From positions 1 to 24,653 of the forward strand of contig JAYZQJ010000132.1 of assembly GCA_036149055.1 (NCBI GenBank): a stretch of 24,653 nucleotides of DNA, read 5' to 3'. The stretch is from Myxococcota bacterium (lineage in GTDB: Bacteria; Myxococcota_A; Polyangia; Polyangiales; Sandaracinaceae). Within the stretch, counting starts at the first letter, position 1. Each line of letters begins with the position of its first letter. The position numbers were made by a program, and so were the translations under genes. Positions 23,192-24,653 of the stretch are shown in pieces. The notes beneath the pieces were generated by a model. It was not told the DNA's origin, ran no database searches, and saw nothing but the letters and a program-made list of their open reading frames with translations.

Positions 23192-24550
23192 ATGACGAAT
23201 CTGACGAGATGCTTGGTCGGGCTCGCGGCGCTCCTCGCCGGATGTGGTGGAGACGCGGTCTGCACCCTCGGGACCGTGGAGGGATGTGGCGAGGGCCTCA
23301 CGTGCGAGCGCATCGCCGGCGGCGAGCCGCGCTGCGTGGAGCCGGTGGTCGTGCGCGGCAGGGTGTTCGACGCCCTCGACGACGCCTCCATCGGCGACGC
23401 GCGGGTGGTCGCGCGGGACGCGAACGGGGGCGCGCGCTCCGGGGTGACCTTCACCGCGGCCGACGGCCGCTACGCCCTCCCGGTGTCGGTCCCTCGGGAC
23501 GAGGACGGCCAGCCCATGGACGAGGCGATCACGCTGCGGGTCGACGCCGCCGGCTACCTCCCCTTCCCTCGCCCGCCGCGTGAGGCGGTGCCCCTCGATA
23601 TGACGACCGCGACGCTGGTCGACGGAGAGTGGGTGGTGGAGAACGCGGCGACCGACGTCGCGCTGATCCCGCGCGATCGGACCGGCGGGACCATCGCCGG
23701 CACCGTCGACCACCCCGACCCCGGCGGCATGCTGGTCGTCGCCGAGCAGGGCGGCGACGCGGTGGCCACCTCGATCACCGGCACCGGCGGCTCCTTCATG
23801 CTCTACGACGTGCCGGACGGGCCCACCGAGGTCCGGGCCTACCGCGCCGGGCTGTTCGCGGGCCCGGCCAGCGTGGAGGCGACCGGCGCGGTGGACGGCG
23901 TCGTCCTGACCGCCACGACCGACGGGCTCGGCTCGGTCAGCGGCTCGGTCAACATCGTGAACGCGCCGGGCGGGCTGACGACGAGCGTGATCCTGGTGGT
24001 CGCCTCGACCTTCGACGAGGCGACGGTCCGGGGGGAGACGCCGGCCGGCCTGCGCGCCGCCCCGGTCGACGGCCCCTTCACCCTCGAGGGCGTCCCGCCG
24101 GGGCGCTACGCGGTGCTCGCCGCGTTCGAGAACGACCAGCTGGTGCGGGATCCCGACGAGGGCATCGCCGGCACCGACGTGGTCTTCGTCGACGTGGCCG
24201 GGGGCCCGGTGACGCTCGAGACCTCGTTCAAGGTCACCGAGGCGCTCGAGGTGCTGTCACCCGGCGCCGAGGGCCTCGAGGTGGTCTCCAGCCCGCCCGA
24301 GCTGGTCTTCGCCCAGGACAGCTCGGAGGACGGCTACGAGCTCCGCCTCTACGACGCGCTCGGCGACCTGGTGCACGAGGACACGATGCTCCCGCCGGGC
24401 AGCGGCAGCGAGCCCATCCGCTACCCGCTCGAGGGGGTGGTGACGCTCGAGCCCGGCATGATCTATCAGTTCCGCGCCTGGAGCTTCGGCCGGGGGTCCC
24501 TGATCAGCGCGACCGAGGACCTGCGCGGCGTCTTCCAGTACGAGCCCTGA
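23192..24550 (+). CDS. Lipoprotein with repeated carboxypeptidase-regulatory-like beta-sandwich domains (452 aa)
   Basis: ATG 23192, lipobox LLAGC, small Cys knot, VRGRVFD..T.ADGRY.L, GSVSGSV, GPFTLEGVPPGRY patterns. Confidence 0.8.
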   Translation: MTNLTRCLVGLAALLAGCGGDAVCTLGTVEGCGEGLTCERIAGGEPRCVEPVVVRGRVFDALDDASIGDARVVARDANGGARSGVTFTAADGRYALPVSVPRDEDGQPMDEAITLRVDAAGYLPFPRPPREAVPLDMTTATLVDGEWVVENAATDVALIPRDRTGGTIAGTVDHPDPGGMLVVAEQGGDAVATSITGTGGSFMLYDVPDGPTEVRAYRAGLFAGPASVEATGAVDGVVLTATTDGLGSVSGSVNIVNAPGGLTTSVILVVASTFDEATVRGETPAGLRAAPVDGPFTLEGVPPGRYAVLAAFENDQLVRDPDEGIAGTDVVFVDVAGGPVTLETSFKVTEALEVLSPGAEGLEVVSSPPELVFAQDSSEDGYELRLYDALGDLVHEDTMLPPGSGSEPIRYPLEGVVTLEPGMIYQFRAWSFGRGSLISATEDLRGVFQYEP

Positions 24551-24560
24551 CGGAAAAGTG

Positions 24561-24653
24561 GCGGCCCCCGGGCGTGGGGGGGGGGGGTGCACCCGGGCCC
24601 CCCCAAAATGACAATACGCGCGGGGTTTTGGGGGGGAGGGGCAACCCCCGGGG
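24561..24653. other. Poly-G/C low-complexity end, probable artefact
   Basis: Multiple homopolymer runs at the window end. Confidence 0.5.

Overview
Very GC-rich (roughly 75% by eye) bacterial DNA whose non-flagellar genes look myxobacterial (Myxococcota, Polyangia-like; inferred from a TIGR02266-like PilZ protein, Cys-rich lipoproteins and a Ser/Thr kinase). Three blocks. (1) 288-8596, minus strand: an intact, largely translationally coupled flagellar operon flgA-flgH-flgI-flgJ-like-flgM-flgN-flgK-flgL-[csrA::fliW fusion]-pilT-like. It has a sigma54-type promoter at its head, and its FlgJ carries a Cys/His (CHAP/NlpC-P60-like) domain instead of the usual glucosaminidase. (2) 8771-14964: an accessory region bracketed by about 25 copies of a 20-bp REP-like repeat (GATCTCTGCCGATTCGAGTC, both orientations). 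It holds a family VIII esterase/beta-lactamase-like lipoprotein, two divergent ~50%-identical paralogues of unknown function separated by a mirror-symmetric pair of 21-bp tandem arrays, and an HUH/Y1 REP-associated tyrosine transposase (RAYT). (3) 14975-24550: hypothetical proteins, a SAM methyltransferase, a PilZ-like protein, a Ser/Thr kinase, lipoproteins and an ECF sigma / CBM48 anti-sigma / CBM48 outer-membrane protein cluster. Both window ends contain poly-G/C tracts that may be sequencing artefacts. All product calls come from motif recognition by eye; no database search was run.
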